Below are positions 1 to 14,100 of a DNA stretch of 64,000 bases, in pieces. The stretch's first letter is position 1, and every line of letters starts with the position of its first letter. Location: assembly GCA_012295275.1 (NCBI GenBank), contig CM022665.1, positions 6,696,001 through 6,760,000 of the forward strand. Reading direction: 5' to 3'. This stretch comes from Chrysomallon squamiferum. Its lineage: Eukaryota; Animalia; Mollusca. A program made the position numbers and the translations under genes. Below the pieces are notes generated by a model. That model ran no database searches. It worked only from the letters and a program-made list of their open reading frames with translations, and had not been told where the DNA came from.

Positions 1-1249
1 TTGATAAGTCAGCATGTCTGACTGCTGGACTAATCATGAGATTGATAGGCATCAGTGATAATCAGTGAAAGCAGTTACTGCGAGAGTCTGTTGCCTAAAA
101 CAATTGAAATTAAATGTCATTTCTAGACCTCACTGTAATTCATTTATAATATGTCTCCTGAAATTTATAAGCTAATCACTATAAAAGCATAAATCTCATA
201 AATAAATAAAAAATGATAGTCTCTTAGATGAATGAAATTTTAAAGGGAAAAGCAGAGGCCTTGACAAATTATGAAAACATTTATTATTATTATAACATTA
301 AACAAAAAAAAAAACTCTGTTAATTATATATATCCAATAATATATTTTAAGAAAACACTTTAATAAATATCTTTTTTATTATCTATAGTTGAACCTTGAA
401 TTTCAGATACTTAAATTCAAGTGCACTTTCTACTCATTAAGTGATGTCATTAAAACATTTACATGTCTTGTTTGAAACAACTTTTTATATGATAATGTTA
501 AAGAACTGTGGAAAATATGCTAATAGATAATTTTGGGGGATGACAGGGTTGTTATTGTTATTGGGGATGGTAGTGTGCAATTAGGTTTACTTCGGGATTT
601 CTCTGATTTTGTTTTTCAAACCTTTATTTAACGTTCAGAATTTCAAGTAGATTCCAAAAATTAATTCTTTGAATTATGCACAAATAACTTAAATCATTTT
701 AATGAACACTTGTCAGAAATGATAGACTGCTGTGATGATTGTGAGAAACTTTTGACTCTCTAGCTTTAAACCATGTTCTGAAGACTTCATTAGGCCACTG
801 GTGGACACAGTGGACTTACATACAGCACTTAGCCAATTAATGAATCCATGTGCAACACTGATTTCATTAATGTTAACTAAATAATTCTTTCATTCTTGAT
901 GTAATGGCAAGTGTCAGATATTACCATTGTCTGTAGAGAAGCTTTGGTTAAGAGGAGCTGATTTGCCAGACATTTCAAACAGATAAAAGCATCAGTACCA
1001 GTTTCTTCAAACTTCACCCTAAGTTTCTCCACTGTTTTTACTAAATCTGAGAGAGCAGCTTACCCATTACCCTCTGCCCCCCACCCCTACTTTATCACTG
1101 AGAGTAGAAAAATATTTGTCACATTTCCAGATCAAGGACTTGAGATATATCTATATCTTAAAAAGTCAAATTGGATGCCACTGGGTGAATATTCACTGGT
1201 TAACTTATTTTATTTAAGTTTGCAGAAATGCAGATTTATATTTTCATAG

Positions 1250-1388
1250 TTATCAATCCCCATTTTATTTCCATTCATTCTTTCCTCACATCTGCCCATG
1301 CAGGTGCACTATAACTTGTTTAATAAAAGGCCATTGTAAATGCTTTCTTGTGCATAAGAAGGTGCACATAAAAAATGCTTTTCTAATA

Positions 1389-1390
<2 letters not shown>
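1250..1390 (+). mobile_element. Highly decayed copy of the same SINE core
   Basis: AAAGGCCATTGTAAATGCTTTCTTGTG...GGTGCACATAAAAAAT loosely matches the 42.0 kb element and the recalled core; followed by (AAT)n. Confidence 0.35.

Positions 1391-1428
<38 letters not shown>
1390..1428. repeat. (AAT)n microsatellite
   Basis: Read directly from the sequence. Confidence 0.95.
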
Positions 1429-1429
<1 letters not shown>

Positions 1430-2615
1430 TGGAATAAAACGAAATTTTATATTTTTTCTTTTGTTACTACTTTAGAATAAAAAAAGAAATTATATTCTGG
1501 GAGGGATAGCAGAGGTCCTCAGTAGATCGAAAATTCCCGAATCTATTCATCTAGAAATAAAAAGGAATTAGCCGAAAAAAAATAATAAATAAATTGGCCG
1601 TATTGTTTGATAAAATTATCCAGCAGTACTGCAAAGAAATTTCATAACATCAAATCAGTATGAATATTTTTCTTTCATCATTTTTATTGATTATGCAGTT
1701 GTCTGATGTATTACATAATCAAGTAATATAAAAAATGTTACGATAGTACTGGTATGAGGAAGACTATTCATTGTGATAAACTATTGTTCATTCTAAACAT
1801 TTACTTTTTCTATATTTTAAACATATTTTTTTATTATTATTATTTTATATGTGATTATATTTCTCTTCACACACACACACCCACACACACACACACACAC
1901 AAAGAAAAATATAATCATATCCGTAAAATATAATCAAATTAAATGAAACTAAAATCTTCTTTCAAAGTATTTTCATCAATATCTGAAGCCATAAAAACTA
2001 AAGCTATCTGAAGCTAAAAATACAAATCAACGGCAAGATTTAATTATTTATTTTATTTATTTTTGTGTTTTCCTTGACGTCCGCTTTATTTTCCGCCACA
2101 AATACGTCATTTTAATGTACTATTCGCTTGGTAAGAGGAAGGACTAGAAGTACGGATGTTAATTCTAGACGGATATCGATAAGCCTACATTTAAACATTT
2201 AAATACTATAACTGATTGAGAGATAGATAATTATGCAAAAAATAAAAAATCATTATACTAAAAATTGATTCTGCTTATTTCAGTATTTTTTCTTGTACAT
2301 TAGAAATGGGATACAATAAGAATGAAAATTATTATAATTGTCCAAATACTGTTTAAAAAAAAAAAAAAGAGTAAATTTTAGATTATCGTTCATTGTTATT
2401 TAATGTTATTTAATAAACTTTCTCTTGAGTGACCACATTCCTGTGTCAGCAACAAACGCCAACGAAAGTAAACAAGCAGTTGGTAACTTTACAATATATT
2501 TAATATGTATATAAAATTCATCATAGCAATTCATTAGGAACTGAAATAGATTTTATATAATTTAATTTGGGGTTATGCTCTATTTTTGTTCTTTATTTCA
2601 GTGTCATTTATTTTT

Positions 2616-2650
<35 letters not shown>

Positions 2651-2804
2651 TAGGTTTGTTTTGTTTTGTTTGTTTGCTGGGTTTTGGGGTTTTTTTTTTT
2701 TTTTTTTTTTTGTAGCTGTTCTTTCTCTTATTTTTTGGTTTTTGTTGCCAATGTTTTGTATATTTAAAAAGAAGTTTAATTTGGTGTGCGTGGGGCGCGT
2801 TTTT

Positions 2805-2806
<2 letters not shown>

Positions 2807-2874
<68 letters not shown>
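2807..2874. repeat. (CT)n microsatellite
   Basis: Read directly; produces the spurious SLSLSL ORF. Confidence 0.97.
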
Positions 2875-2878
<4 letters not shown>

Positions 2879-3051
2879 CTTATCTAACTTTCAGACAGAT
2901 TTTTTCTGAGTGCATACCTATTATATGAACTTAATATTATTTTTTGTAGTGGGCAAATGAATGAAATAGTTTCACAGAAAGAAGAAATTTCCCATTCATT
3001 TGAATTATTTTAGAAAATTTAACCTTCTTATACCTGTTTCAAAAAAAAAAA

Positions 3052-3093
<42 letters not shown>

Positions 3094-3949
3094 TAATAAT
3101 TATAATAATAAATAAATAATATATATATATGTATGTATGATTCATTTAATAATTCTAAAATGACGTATCAATCATTCATATGATCATTACACAATATTTT
3201 CTTGATAATAAATATTTATTTATTTATTATATGCAAATGTGGTTTGTGGACCCGTAAATAGTCACGTGGCTGGGGGTATTGTTTGAGTCGACTGTTATCT
3301 AAATTTTGGTAGAACTAATAGAAGTAGCGAAACTATATTTTGGGGGCCCTGAAGCTTGAACTGGGTAACCATTGCATCTTCTTCAAGGACTTAATCCACG
3401 ACAGATAATAATATATATATTTTTTTAATTTAGCCATGGCATCTCAGATTTGGATTAAAATTATGAAGCAACGTGAACTAAAGTTGCTTCGCGGTCCCCT
3501 CTGGTTTTAGGAGTCTTTGTTTATGTCTTTGTGCGCTTTTGTATGTGTGTGTGTGTGTTTGATATAAAAAAATCAATGACAAAATATTTCGTTTATTCTA
3601 GCAGTAACAAGAATATATTACTATTATTGTTAATTCATTTAAAATATTTTATATATTCGAATCACAAGCATATTTAATATTTTAAAATATATATACTAAT
3701 CTTTTTTTCTTCCTAATCGGGATCCCTCCCCCATTTTCAAAAGCATTTATAACAAAGTTACTAAGTTGGAAAATACCCAACAATAATAATAACAGTAAGT
3801 AATCTTTTAGGTTGAATTTTACAAACCTACCATTATAAAATATCTTTAATGTTTGCTTTTGATTGAAAAAAATAATAAATAAAATAAATACATTAAAATA
3901 AAATCCTTCAAAACATTTCATTTATTTATTAATATCTATATGATTTTAT

Positions 3950-4400
3950 AACGTCTCCAAATCTTGTAGGCCTAAATACAAAACTAATAGTTATCTAAAG
4001 GGATTCTGACTATGACGTCAGTGGAGGGATGACAAAAACTGTTTTTTTCCGAGTGACGATATCTTTCATTGGTTAAATTCCGTAAAGGAATGTCGAGGGA
4101 TTTCCTCTGTGTCGTAGCTTAAAAGCAAATTATACACTATTATTCTTCATTCTACAATATAAACACGCGACATGTAAATAGTTTTCATCTGTACATTTTA
4201 ATATCTTATAATTAACATTTAAACCTAAAAATAATCGATATATAGTTGCAGGTGTGCTAACTATATCTATCAGCCAATCGAAACGTGTTTTACAAAATCA
4301 ACTTTGGTATTTACATACAGATTACGCCTTTCCTAATAGGGGCATGCATATTTGAGTCACCGTGATAGTTCACTAGTTTTTGTTTTGCACTGTAAAGATA
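3950..4400 (+). promoter_or_regulatory. Putative kindlin proximal promoter
   Basis: CpG-retaining region upstream of exon 1. Palindromic CRE TGACGTCA (4013..4020), ATTGG/CCAAT boxes (~4068, ~4274), GGAATG (~4087), GGGATTTCC (~4097), AP-1 TGAGTCA (4353..4359). TSS cannot be determined from sequence. Confidence 0.55.
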
Positions 4401-4857
4401 AACAAAGTGCTAAGACTGCAGATAAGGAGTTATTCAGTTTTTGGAAATTTTGCAGTAATAATTTGATCCTGTTGTTGCAGCAGATAGTTAAAACAGTTGC
4501 TAGGTTTTAACGCCTGGATACGAAAGGCATAGATTTGACCCAGATCTTTGCTGTGTGGGATTCGCTTTGCGGGACGTTTCGTTAAGTTTTGCTTCGAGTA
4601 TTCGCCCTGATCAACGAATTGTTTGTTTGTCAGTTGCATATTGTTGGAACGCATACTGGATACAGTTTTCTACGGTTCGACTGTTTTTACTGAAATATGC
4701 TGATTACACCCCGGAATGACAATAAAAAGAAAACTGATCTTTCTTTGACGAAAACATTAAACTCTGATACATAAAAGTCTAGTGTTTGGGTGTTATTGAT
4801 GGATAGTTGAAAATATATATTTGGTTATTTTCTTATTTAATATAATAGCAGAACATC

Positions 4858-5002
4858 ATGGCTTTTGTAGCAGATTCCGGCTATGTTGACGGATCATGGG
4901 AACTTACCATCACAGTAACGGATTTGCAAGTGGAAAAAAGACTTCGTGTAAAAGGAGAACTTCACATTGGTGGTTTAATGCTGAAGTTAGTTGAAGAACT
5001 AG
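4858..5002 (+). CDS. FERMT: Kindlin exon 1 (F0 domain start)
   Basis: [48 protein letters not shown]; context catcATGG; donor G|GTAAGT. Not in the ORF track. Confidence 0.93.
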
Positions 5003-8000
5003 GTAAGTTTCTCGACTCGAGATAGCTCTTTAAAATCCCTACCCTTCAACCGTATATAGATGTGGAGAATTTCATATCTTATTAAAAAGCCTGTACCATT
5101 TATTCTATTTTATTCCTTTATATATATATATTAATAAATAACATTAACATTCATGACTCAATAAAATATTAAAAAACACAAGCATGCACAAAACATATTT
5201 GTAACCAAAAATTACACTTTAAATGATAAAACCATACCGAATGGATGAAAACAATGGGATCATTTTTACTTTTTCCTCCCTCCAAGTTCTACCAGTTCAA
5301 TAAATATAATTTTTTGTTATTAAATTATTATAATAATATTAAATATAACTTTAATAAATAATGTATTATATGTTTATTTTCTTCTCCATAATTATACATA
5401 AGTGAACTGATATTTTTCTTTTCAAATAAATTTCCTGTTTCATTAATTTGATTATAGAGTTTTGTTTCTTAAGCAAGCATATTCATTCACAAAGTAACAG
5501 ATTGTTTGTTGATTCAGGAGTATGCAGCACACAAACTAGCATTATATATTTGTAAATTACTGTTTTTACAATTTATTGAAATTCTATTTAATGCCTTGAA
5601 AGCAGTATTTAGTTGAACCATATACACACGACTATACTAGGAATAAAGAATATATGTGTGTCTGTGTGTATATATATATATATATATAAATTTATATGTA
5701 TATATATAAATATATATATATATATATAATCTGTCTGCACCTCAAAGTTTCAGTAAAGGAAAGAAACACTCCAGTGCATTACTCATGATTGGTGTCATAT
5801 TATACATACGTCAGTGGTGAGAAATCTGTTACCCCAAAATACACCAGTGTGTACAAAAATAACACTTATTATTATCATGAATCATTATCAAGTCAAAGCA
5901 AGGAAACTTTAACACAGCAAGGAAATATAACAGAATTCAAATATATGTTACAGATATCGTGTAAACTGAAGAAAATGTTGAAGACATTTAAGCTAAAACT
6001 TTTTATTTGAGAAAAGCTGCAGAGGAAGGTGAAATTGTTTTCACTTTACAAGAGTCTGAAATAAAACTAAATTATTTTCACTTTTTAAGATTCTGAGATG
6101 TGCAACTTTTTAAATGCTATAGTTTTATTTCCTCATTATTTCTGCCTGACTGACTTTCAGGTCAGTGTGTTATGTTTGAAACTGCTGGTCATAGGTCACT
6201 GAAACAAAGAATACTCATTTCAGTTGCATTGTTTAAGACTGAAAACAATGATTAAGAAAGAACAAATATTTAAAGTTTATTTAAAGTTTATTTGAATGAA
6301 GAGTAAATTTTGGATACTTCTAGCCAATTGTTTAAACTCTTTATGGAGACCATTCTTTACTACTATTTATTATTATTATTATTTTATGTATTCTGGATTT
6401 CACATTTTACAGTTTTGTAGAAATGTTAAATTTAAAACATTAATGACATACAGCATTTTTGGCAATAATTTACTCATTTCCTCTGAGCATGTTACTTGCA
6501 AAAATTGTTGCAATTTCATTGTTTATCAATATGTATGAATGTATGTGTGTGTGTATATATATTATTTCAGTTTTATACTATACCCAGAGTTAGCTGTAAA
6601 TATATTTTATATATATCTGTAATTTCTGAAATTATAAACAAAATTTCACCATTTTTGTTTTTCACTTCTTCATGTCTGTGACATGAATTTAAAAAAACTC
6701 ATGTAAATGTCTCTATCGAAACAAACTGATCACTTGTTAGTAAATTTATTGTCTCAGTTTATTACACTACCTTAGGGAATGTATATAACAGCTGGGTCCT
6801 AGAAATGTTTTTTTTTTGTGTGTGTGTGTGTTTGTATGATGCATAATGTTTAAAAGAACTAATCATTCAACAGTTTTTAAAGTCTGTATTTCATTTATTG
6901 ATAACAAAATTTTTAGGTCAGCTATTTGGATTTTTATATATTTTTTTCCCCATTTCAGGATTAATTAATGCTTTTCCTAACTTAATGTTTGACATGGATT
7001 ATTAAATGTGTCATCTGAGATTGCTTTAAAACTGCTTTTATCTGAAGCACTGTTATAAGCAGTGGGGTAATTAAAGATCACATCTTGGAGGTGTAATTAG
7101 GACTGGCTCCCTTCAGGCTCACTTGACCCATAATTCACACTATTAATGGCCAGTCATTCACACATAGTTCAAACATCAGGGCACTAAATTGGTAGGCCTC
7201 AACACAGATCAGAGTTCAAAGATTATGCACTCCATTTGGCTGGACCAAGAGCAGAACAGAATTAATTCTATGAAATAAAAGAAAGCATGTAATTATCATA
7301 GTTATAATTCTGAAGCCATTGATATCAAACATATTCAACTCTTTGGTTACAAGCACTGAAAGGTTGTTTCTTTTTGTCATACGTATCTGAACTACAAACA
7401 AAATCATAAGTTACAAACTTACTGACTGTTTTAATTTGAAAACTAGTTTATTGCCCTAACGGCTGTTTGGTCATAATATGTTACCCGTGAGAAACACAAA
7501 CATAGCTAATTATAGTACTAGTCATTCTGTTAGTTTTGTATTCTGTTCTTTTTAAAGTGATCAGTTTCCGTAATCCGTTGACTGTTCAGCCAGCCTTTAC
7601 CTTCACCATCACTGACACCCACATCATTCACTTAATCTGTCTTTAACAATTACTCTGACTGACATACAGGTAATATTGACATATTTTAATGATGTAGTCT
7701 TGTAGATTAAAGTAACCTGGATGTATTTAACAACAGTCTTGTTATTTTTGTATTTACAGTAATACATTTGTTATTTTGACCTTTTGAAATAGATATTGGC
7801 ACACCCAGCATCCTTGTAGAAACTTTTAATAATTATTATAACCATTTGCTTTGTTATTTTGTTGAGTGGGCTGTAGTATGACTGATTGCAGGATTGACCT
7901 CTTTAATACTCCCACCAAGCTTTTACCTGTTCCAGCCAGGGCTTCCTGTCTGGAGTATGAGAAACAGTAATACATGCTTTCCCATCTGTGGGAAGGATAA

Positions 8001-10065
8001 CATAAAAGACTATTTCCTGCTAATTGATGAGTAATCCTCAAAAAATGGCAGCATGTTTAATGCCTAACAGGAGTTTATAGGAAAATCGTGTTGATGTGTT
8101 GACCATAATTAAGTGATTGTTATTTCATTGTATATAAAGAACAATAATTTGTTGTTGAGATATTGTTCATTAGTATATCTGTACATCAGTACCCATTGTA
8201 TTAGGTGGTTACAAAAGATTACTGTTATTTAGTTTCCATATCAGGCAAGTCATAAAGATGACAGTAGACTTTTTTTTATTATAATATGATTAGTGGTGTT
8301 TATAATCATTTGAATTAGCATAAGCTAAAATAATTATAAAATATATATATATAAAACAAACTGCAAAATATTAACAGGAAGTCACATTAAAACTAGAATT
8401 ATTACAAATAAAAACATAATAAATCTGTTTTACATTGTTTATCACTTACTTCCTGTACAAATATGGCTCAAGAGGGAAAAAAAAAGAAAAAAAAGTAAAT
8501 AAACAAAAACTAATATATATAAATTTCATATAATTCACAAATATTACTTTATCTGGCATTCCAGTCAAGTAAAAATGACATTGTAATACATATATTACAC
8601 AGAGCTGTTTGTAATTAAACAATTGTTATGTTCAAAGTATTATCTGTCATTTTCTTCTATGACATTTTTCCATATCCTCATGACTAGTGTCTGCATACCC
8701 TGATTGTATATAGATGTAAATTTACTAAGAAGTCAAGAAGTAGTTTTTAAAATGAACATTTTCAGACTTTCAGAGTTCATTTTGGTTTTTTAACTGAAAT
8801 AGAATTAGCTGTTGGATTGTAAGATGAAAAATGAAAGTAAAAGAAAAAAGAGTATATTGTCATTGCATGATTTTAGGTATTTTTCATGATGAGCATTGGC
8901 TAGGTAATGTTTAGATGAGGCAGCTGTTTTAGTTTACATGTATTTGATTGAAAATTAATCAGATTTTGATAGCGTTGTAAGGAATTGTCTTTACATTCTA
9001 AAGCAAGTTGAATTGAGTTGTTTACAGACATATAAGAAGTAAATATTTACCAGTTTATTTATATTTTATAACTTTATATTCTAAAATAAAAAGTAATTAT
9101 TTGAATGGGTGATTAATTAACACTTCACTGAGTTTGCCATAGCAACATTAGCTATAATAAGGTAATAAATGTGGATGCAAACATTTTATCATAAAATATT
9201 ATTTACTTCTGTTTACTTCTTGCATGCCTAAAGTTGTTGTGGATCTTAGAATAGACCTGCTGCCATTCTTTCTGTAGAGCATATAAATAGAAAGGACATT
9301 TTTTTCCTGTGATCCTCTGGCATTCCACCAGTCCATGCTTGTCAAACTGTATATGGCAATTTTGTTTACATTTTAACAGGTGCTTGCTTTTTCCACACCT
9401 TTCCATCTTGTATCTTGTTACCTTTATGTTAGGGCCAGTGGCTAGATAGCTTCAGTACTTTTGTGCTGAATGTAAGAAAAGTCTAGTGAACCATTTTGAT
9501 ATATTCTTCTTTATGTGATCTGAATGCATTGTTTGTGAGGTGTATTTCAAATAGTAAACATGTACATACTCATATTGTTATATGTGTTAGTGGGTATGTG
9601 TACTTTGCCCTCTGAAAGTAGTATTTTAGAATAAAAATAAATATAACCTAGTAATATACCAACTGATGTGAAACTACAGGTGGGTGGTATTGCTTGAGTT
9701 GGAATGACAAACTTACTGTGGTTGGTGAGAAACTGGGTTAAAACATATGATAGAGTATTTAAAAAAAAAAAAATTTCCTGTTGTCCTTTAATGGGTTGTT
9801 AGCTTGTTGGAAACATGTGTAACAGTGTTTGAAGATGGTTTTATGAAAGTGAATATAACAGTAATATATTTTAAAATGTCAAAAATACATGACATTATTC
9901 CATTTAAGATTTTCAAGTTTATCCAGGCCCTGTCCACACAAATAACTTAAACCAGTTCAGCTAATTCAGGAGTTAACATAACTGAAGACATTATTATGTA
10001 TGAAAGCTATTTGAAAACCATTTTAACTAAACTGGTTTCACTAAAAATGTTTAACCTGTATATGT

Positions 10066-10101
<36 letters not shown>

Positions 10102-11111
10102 TGGCTTAATAAAAAATACAGTTTATGTCACTAATTTTGTTCCCTTTTAAGATCTAAACTCAGCATGTCTACATAATAAATCTCTTATCCTTCACACACA
10201 TACAGAGGTTTCAAACAGAACTCTAAACAGAGATATCTGAGTACAGAAATAGTTTTGACTGAATCTGCTTTTGAAATGAAAAACCATATATCTGTTACTG
10301 GTATATCAGTATTTAAAAAAAAAAAAAAAAAAAAATTACAAAAAAACCCAGTAAATTGTACAGAATGAATTCTTCTTTGAAAAAAAAAAAAAAACCAGAA
10401 TAAAAAAATAAAAGAAAGAAAGATAAAATAATCTCTCTCGTGCACACACAAAATTCTGATATTGCTGAAGTAGGTAAAAATTAAGTGTTAGGTCTAATTT
10501 TTATAGCAGACCAGTGATGTGAAACCCAGGTGTTAAAAGCAAACTTCAGGCACTGGGCTATATTTAGAATGAAGTATTTATTGAAAACAAATACTTGTAC
10601 CTACTTTGTAATGTAAGTGCTTCCACTGCCAGGTAAGACCTGTACTGACCTTTTGACCTGCATCTAGGAATAAATCTGCTGACCAGTTAACTATTTGATA
10701 CTGCAATTTATTTTCATTTTTAAATTAAATTTACAAGAACTTTATTCCACTGTTTAGTTCTGTTCATTACAATTTTGAAATGAAAACAGTATTATTTAAA
10801 GCCATTTCAGCAAAATATTAATGTGGCATTAAAAAAAAAAAAAAAAAAAACACATTTGAAATAACAGAAGTATGCACAGTTTTAACTCGATGGAATCCTT
10901 TAAACGTTGTCTGCAATATTTCAAATTACGATCAGTGAACTATCAAATTGAATTTTGTCATAAATTTATTGATGAATTTGGCATGCGGCTAACTGGATGT
11001 CATTGTAACATTTGAACAGCTTGTGTTCTGCAAGTTCTTCAGAATAACGTAGACAAACAAGGAAGCAATTACAGATTTTGTTAATGGTTTACAATGAAGT
11101 TCTAAAGATAA

Positions 11112-11158
<47 letters not shown>

Positions 11159-14100
11159 ATGTCCATGCATGAGTATTTGTGTGTGTTCATATGTGTGTGT
11201 GACACAGGGACACACACACACACACACTAAATTTGATACATAACAGATGTGGGTTAAATATATTTAGTGTATTTTATCCAGCCAAAAGGAAGAAGCTTAT
11301 ACTATCAAAGTTATCAAAAAGAACTTCCAGCTCAAACATCATCTGTGTTTATCTTTAGATAAAACATCATCTTCTAGCTTCATAATTTCTTCTAACCTTA
11401 TATTCAGCTGATAATAAATTTGTGTAAGAAGGCATCTGCTTCATGAGTGATTGTGGCTATCATGTCTTGTGTGAGAAATTTAAAGAATTTCATCATGGCT
11501 TGATATTCACTCTGAATGGCAGATTCCTTGAACATGTTCTGAAAAATCACATCTTAACCAGTTTTAATAATTTATCATCAGTAGAAAAGCAAATTTCAGA
11601 TAGTTAATATTATAATTTAAAATACTATTTTATTTAAATAAGAAATTTCTTGTATTTGTTATGTTACAAGTATTGTTTTAATGTCACATGGGACAGATTC
11701 ATTGACATTTTTGCTGTCTGAGGACTTATGATCTGATTAGTTTGAAAGGCCACACTTAATGAAATATTAGTTAATTGACTTTACAACTTGTCATCTGCTG
11801 TTTAATTATGATTACGGTTATATTTCTATTATATTGGGTTAAGCTGTATTTCATCATTCGCTTTTGTCATGGTTATTACTTAAATCATTTTATCAGTAAT
11901 TATAATTTGTAATACTTTTAGAATAAATATAAACGTATTTCAGGAACAATGATAATAATAGCAGTAAACTCAACATTTAGAAGAAATTTTGCCAGGAAGC
12001 TATACTGTTGTGTTTATGAAGTAACTTCAACAGGAGAAAAAAAAAGTATTGGAAGTAAACAACAAATGAAAACAGCACTGCCAGTAATGTTTTTAAATAT
12101 CATTTACAAGTTTGGCAATCTACAAAAAAGTTGATGAATCATTCCAAATACTATTTCCTTTAACCCCATGTCTAGCCTTATTGCAGACTTTAATCACAGT
12201 AAGCCCTCAGTTTTACAGTTTATGACTTCAGTGTATGCTGTATTAAGACTAGAATTTTTAATAAATCATTTTATAAATATGGTATACATTCTAAATGATT
12301 TATTTAAAAAAAAAAGAGTTAAATATTCATTCATTTGATGTAAATGTCAACAGCTGATGTGACCATTAAATACAAATGTAGCAAATATCTGATCATTTTC
12401 ATCCACTTTTGGTATGAGATACATGGAAAAGTTTGTCAGTATAAAACTAATCAATAAAAAATCCATCAAATGTAAACAACAAAATGGTGGTCACAATAGA
12501 AACAGGATATTATTTAGCTGTCAGTTATAATGTTTATGATTTATCATTGTTTGTCCATTTTGATAATTTAATGGAAAATGTCAATATGCATTATTCATTG
12601 ATTTATTTGATATCAACATGAAATTTGTTTGTAGATATAAATTTTAAAAGAATAGATATGAATTTTAAAAGAAAGAAAACAACTGTTTACAAAATATCGA
12701 TGTCTAGACATTTAATACCAGATTAATATGATTTCCTTTAATAATAGATATATTAAATAAAATAACTGTAAGCATTCAGGAAGTATATGAGTACTTTGTT
12801 GTTGACAGAACTATACAAGCTTTTCATTGACTTCGAATCTACTAGAAGTAATCCCATGCAAGTACGTAATTAACATTCCTACAGAATGATTAATGATGCA
12901 TGTAATCACAGATTTTTCAGTCCTTCTGTGTATGCCAGATTTTCTCTTCCAGCTCATCATGAAGAAATTCTCCAGCCATTCAGTGATTCAAACAGTTAAT
13001 CTGTGACATCATCACTGGTTACTGACTGATACAATTCCAGGTGTTCATAATTGGTAATTGGTTGCCAAGCCCTTTGGCCTGAAGGAGTTTGTGAAATCAT
13101 TTCTGTGCCTTTTAACATGAGTGTATTTACTGGTGCTGGTTTCAGATAGAGCAAGAACAGTTTTTAAATGTTGTTATTCTCTCTCTGTCGTTTAAAAAAT
13201 AAATAAATAAATAATAATAATAATTTTTTTTTTTTTAAATAGATGAAAAAGATACATGAAAAATATAATTGTCACTGACTGTCAGATTGATTCTCAAAAT
13301 GTTTCATGTAGCAGATGCAGATCAAGAACAGCTTGTCTAAATTAACATATTAAGTAATAGTTTCAAATCTCATTTGTGTTCACTGTTCATGATGGGTGAG
13401 GTGCCTGAAGGGTTAATGTCAGTGTAAATTAAAATGAGCCTGTATGATACATTTTCCTGTTATTTTTAGATGTGCATGTATGTGTGGGTGCATATACACA
13501 CATCTCTACATTGAATGATTGATATAGACGAAAGTTGACTGTAAAAATAAAAGTTTGCTGTTTCTTCTCTGGAGTAGAATTATGTTTTCATAAGGCCATC
13601 TTGACATGCAGAGACATAAAGCAGTTAGTTGTCCATTTATTTATTTCCAGGGTGTTTTTTTTGTTTTTGTTTTTTTTTACAGTTTTTAAGTATATTATAA
13701 TAAAGAAAAAATAGTGAAGAATAAGCAAAATAAATTTGATGGGAAAAGTTTTGTAATAAATGAATGTTAATTTAATATGTTAACTTAATGCATTTTGTAG
13801 GATATGTTAGTGGATATCAAGGTCTTTTTAAATTATATGTATGTAATTTTGATAGCAGAGAAAGTAAACCTGCTGCTGTTGTGGTTTCATAAGCTATTCT
13901 TATCAGTTAACAGCAAAAGAAAAAACAGTTATATGCTCCTTCCCGTAGAAAGGAAAGTAGACTGCATGCTGTATGATAAAACACTGTTACTAAACAAGCT
14001 AAATCTTTATTTTGGAGTGCTGCAAATATTTGATATCATCAATGTTTCTTCGAGTACTTGTGAGTCTTAAATAGAAATAACATGTCAAGACGACCAGACT

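Noticed and set aside
2586-2876. Hydrophobic F/L/I/Y-rich ORFs (also 31896, 34579, 35882, 39345, 59251, 61541) that look like membrane peptides
   Set aside because: They are translations of poly-T, (TTTA)n and (CT)n tracts in introns or intergenic DNA, with no splice or homology support.
4332-4341. CArG (SRF) box in the kindlin promoter
   Set aside because: CCTAATAGG has only five A/T between CC and GG.
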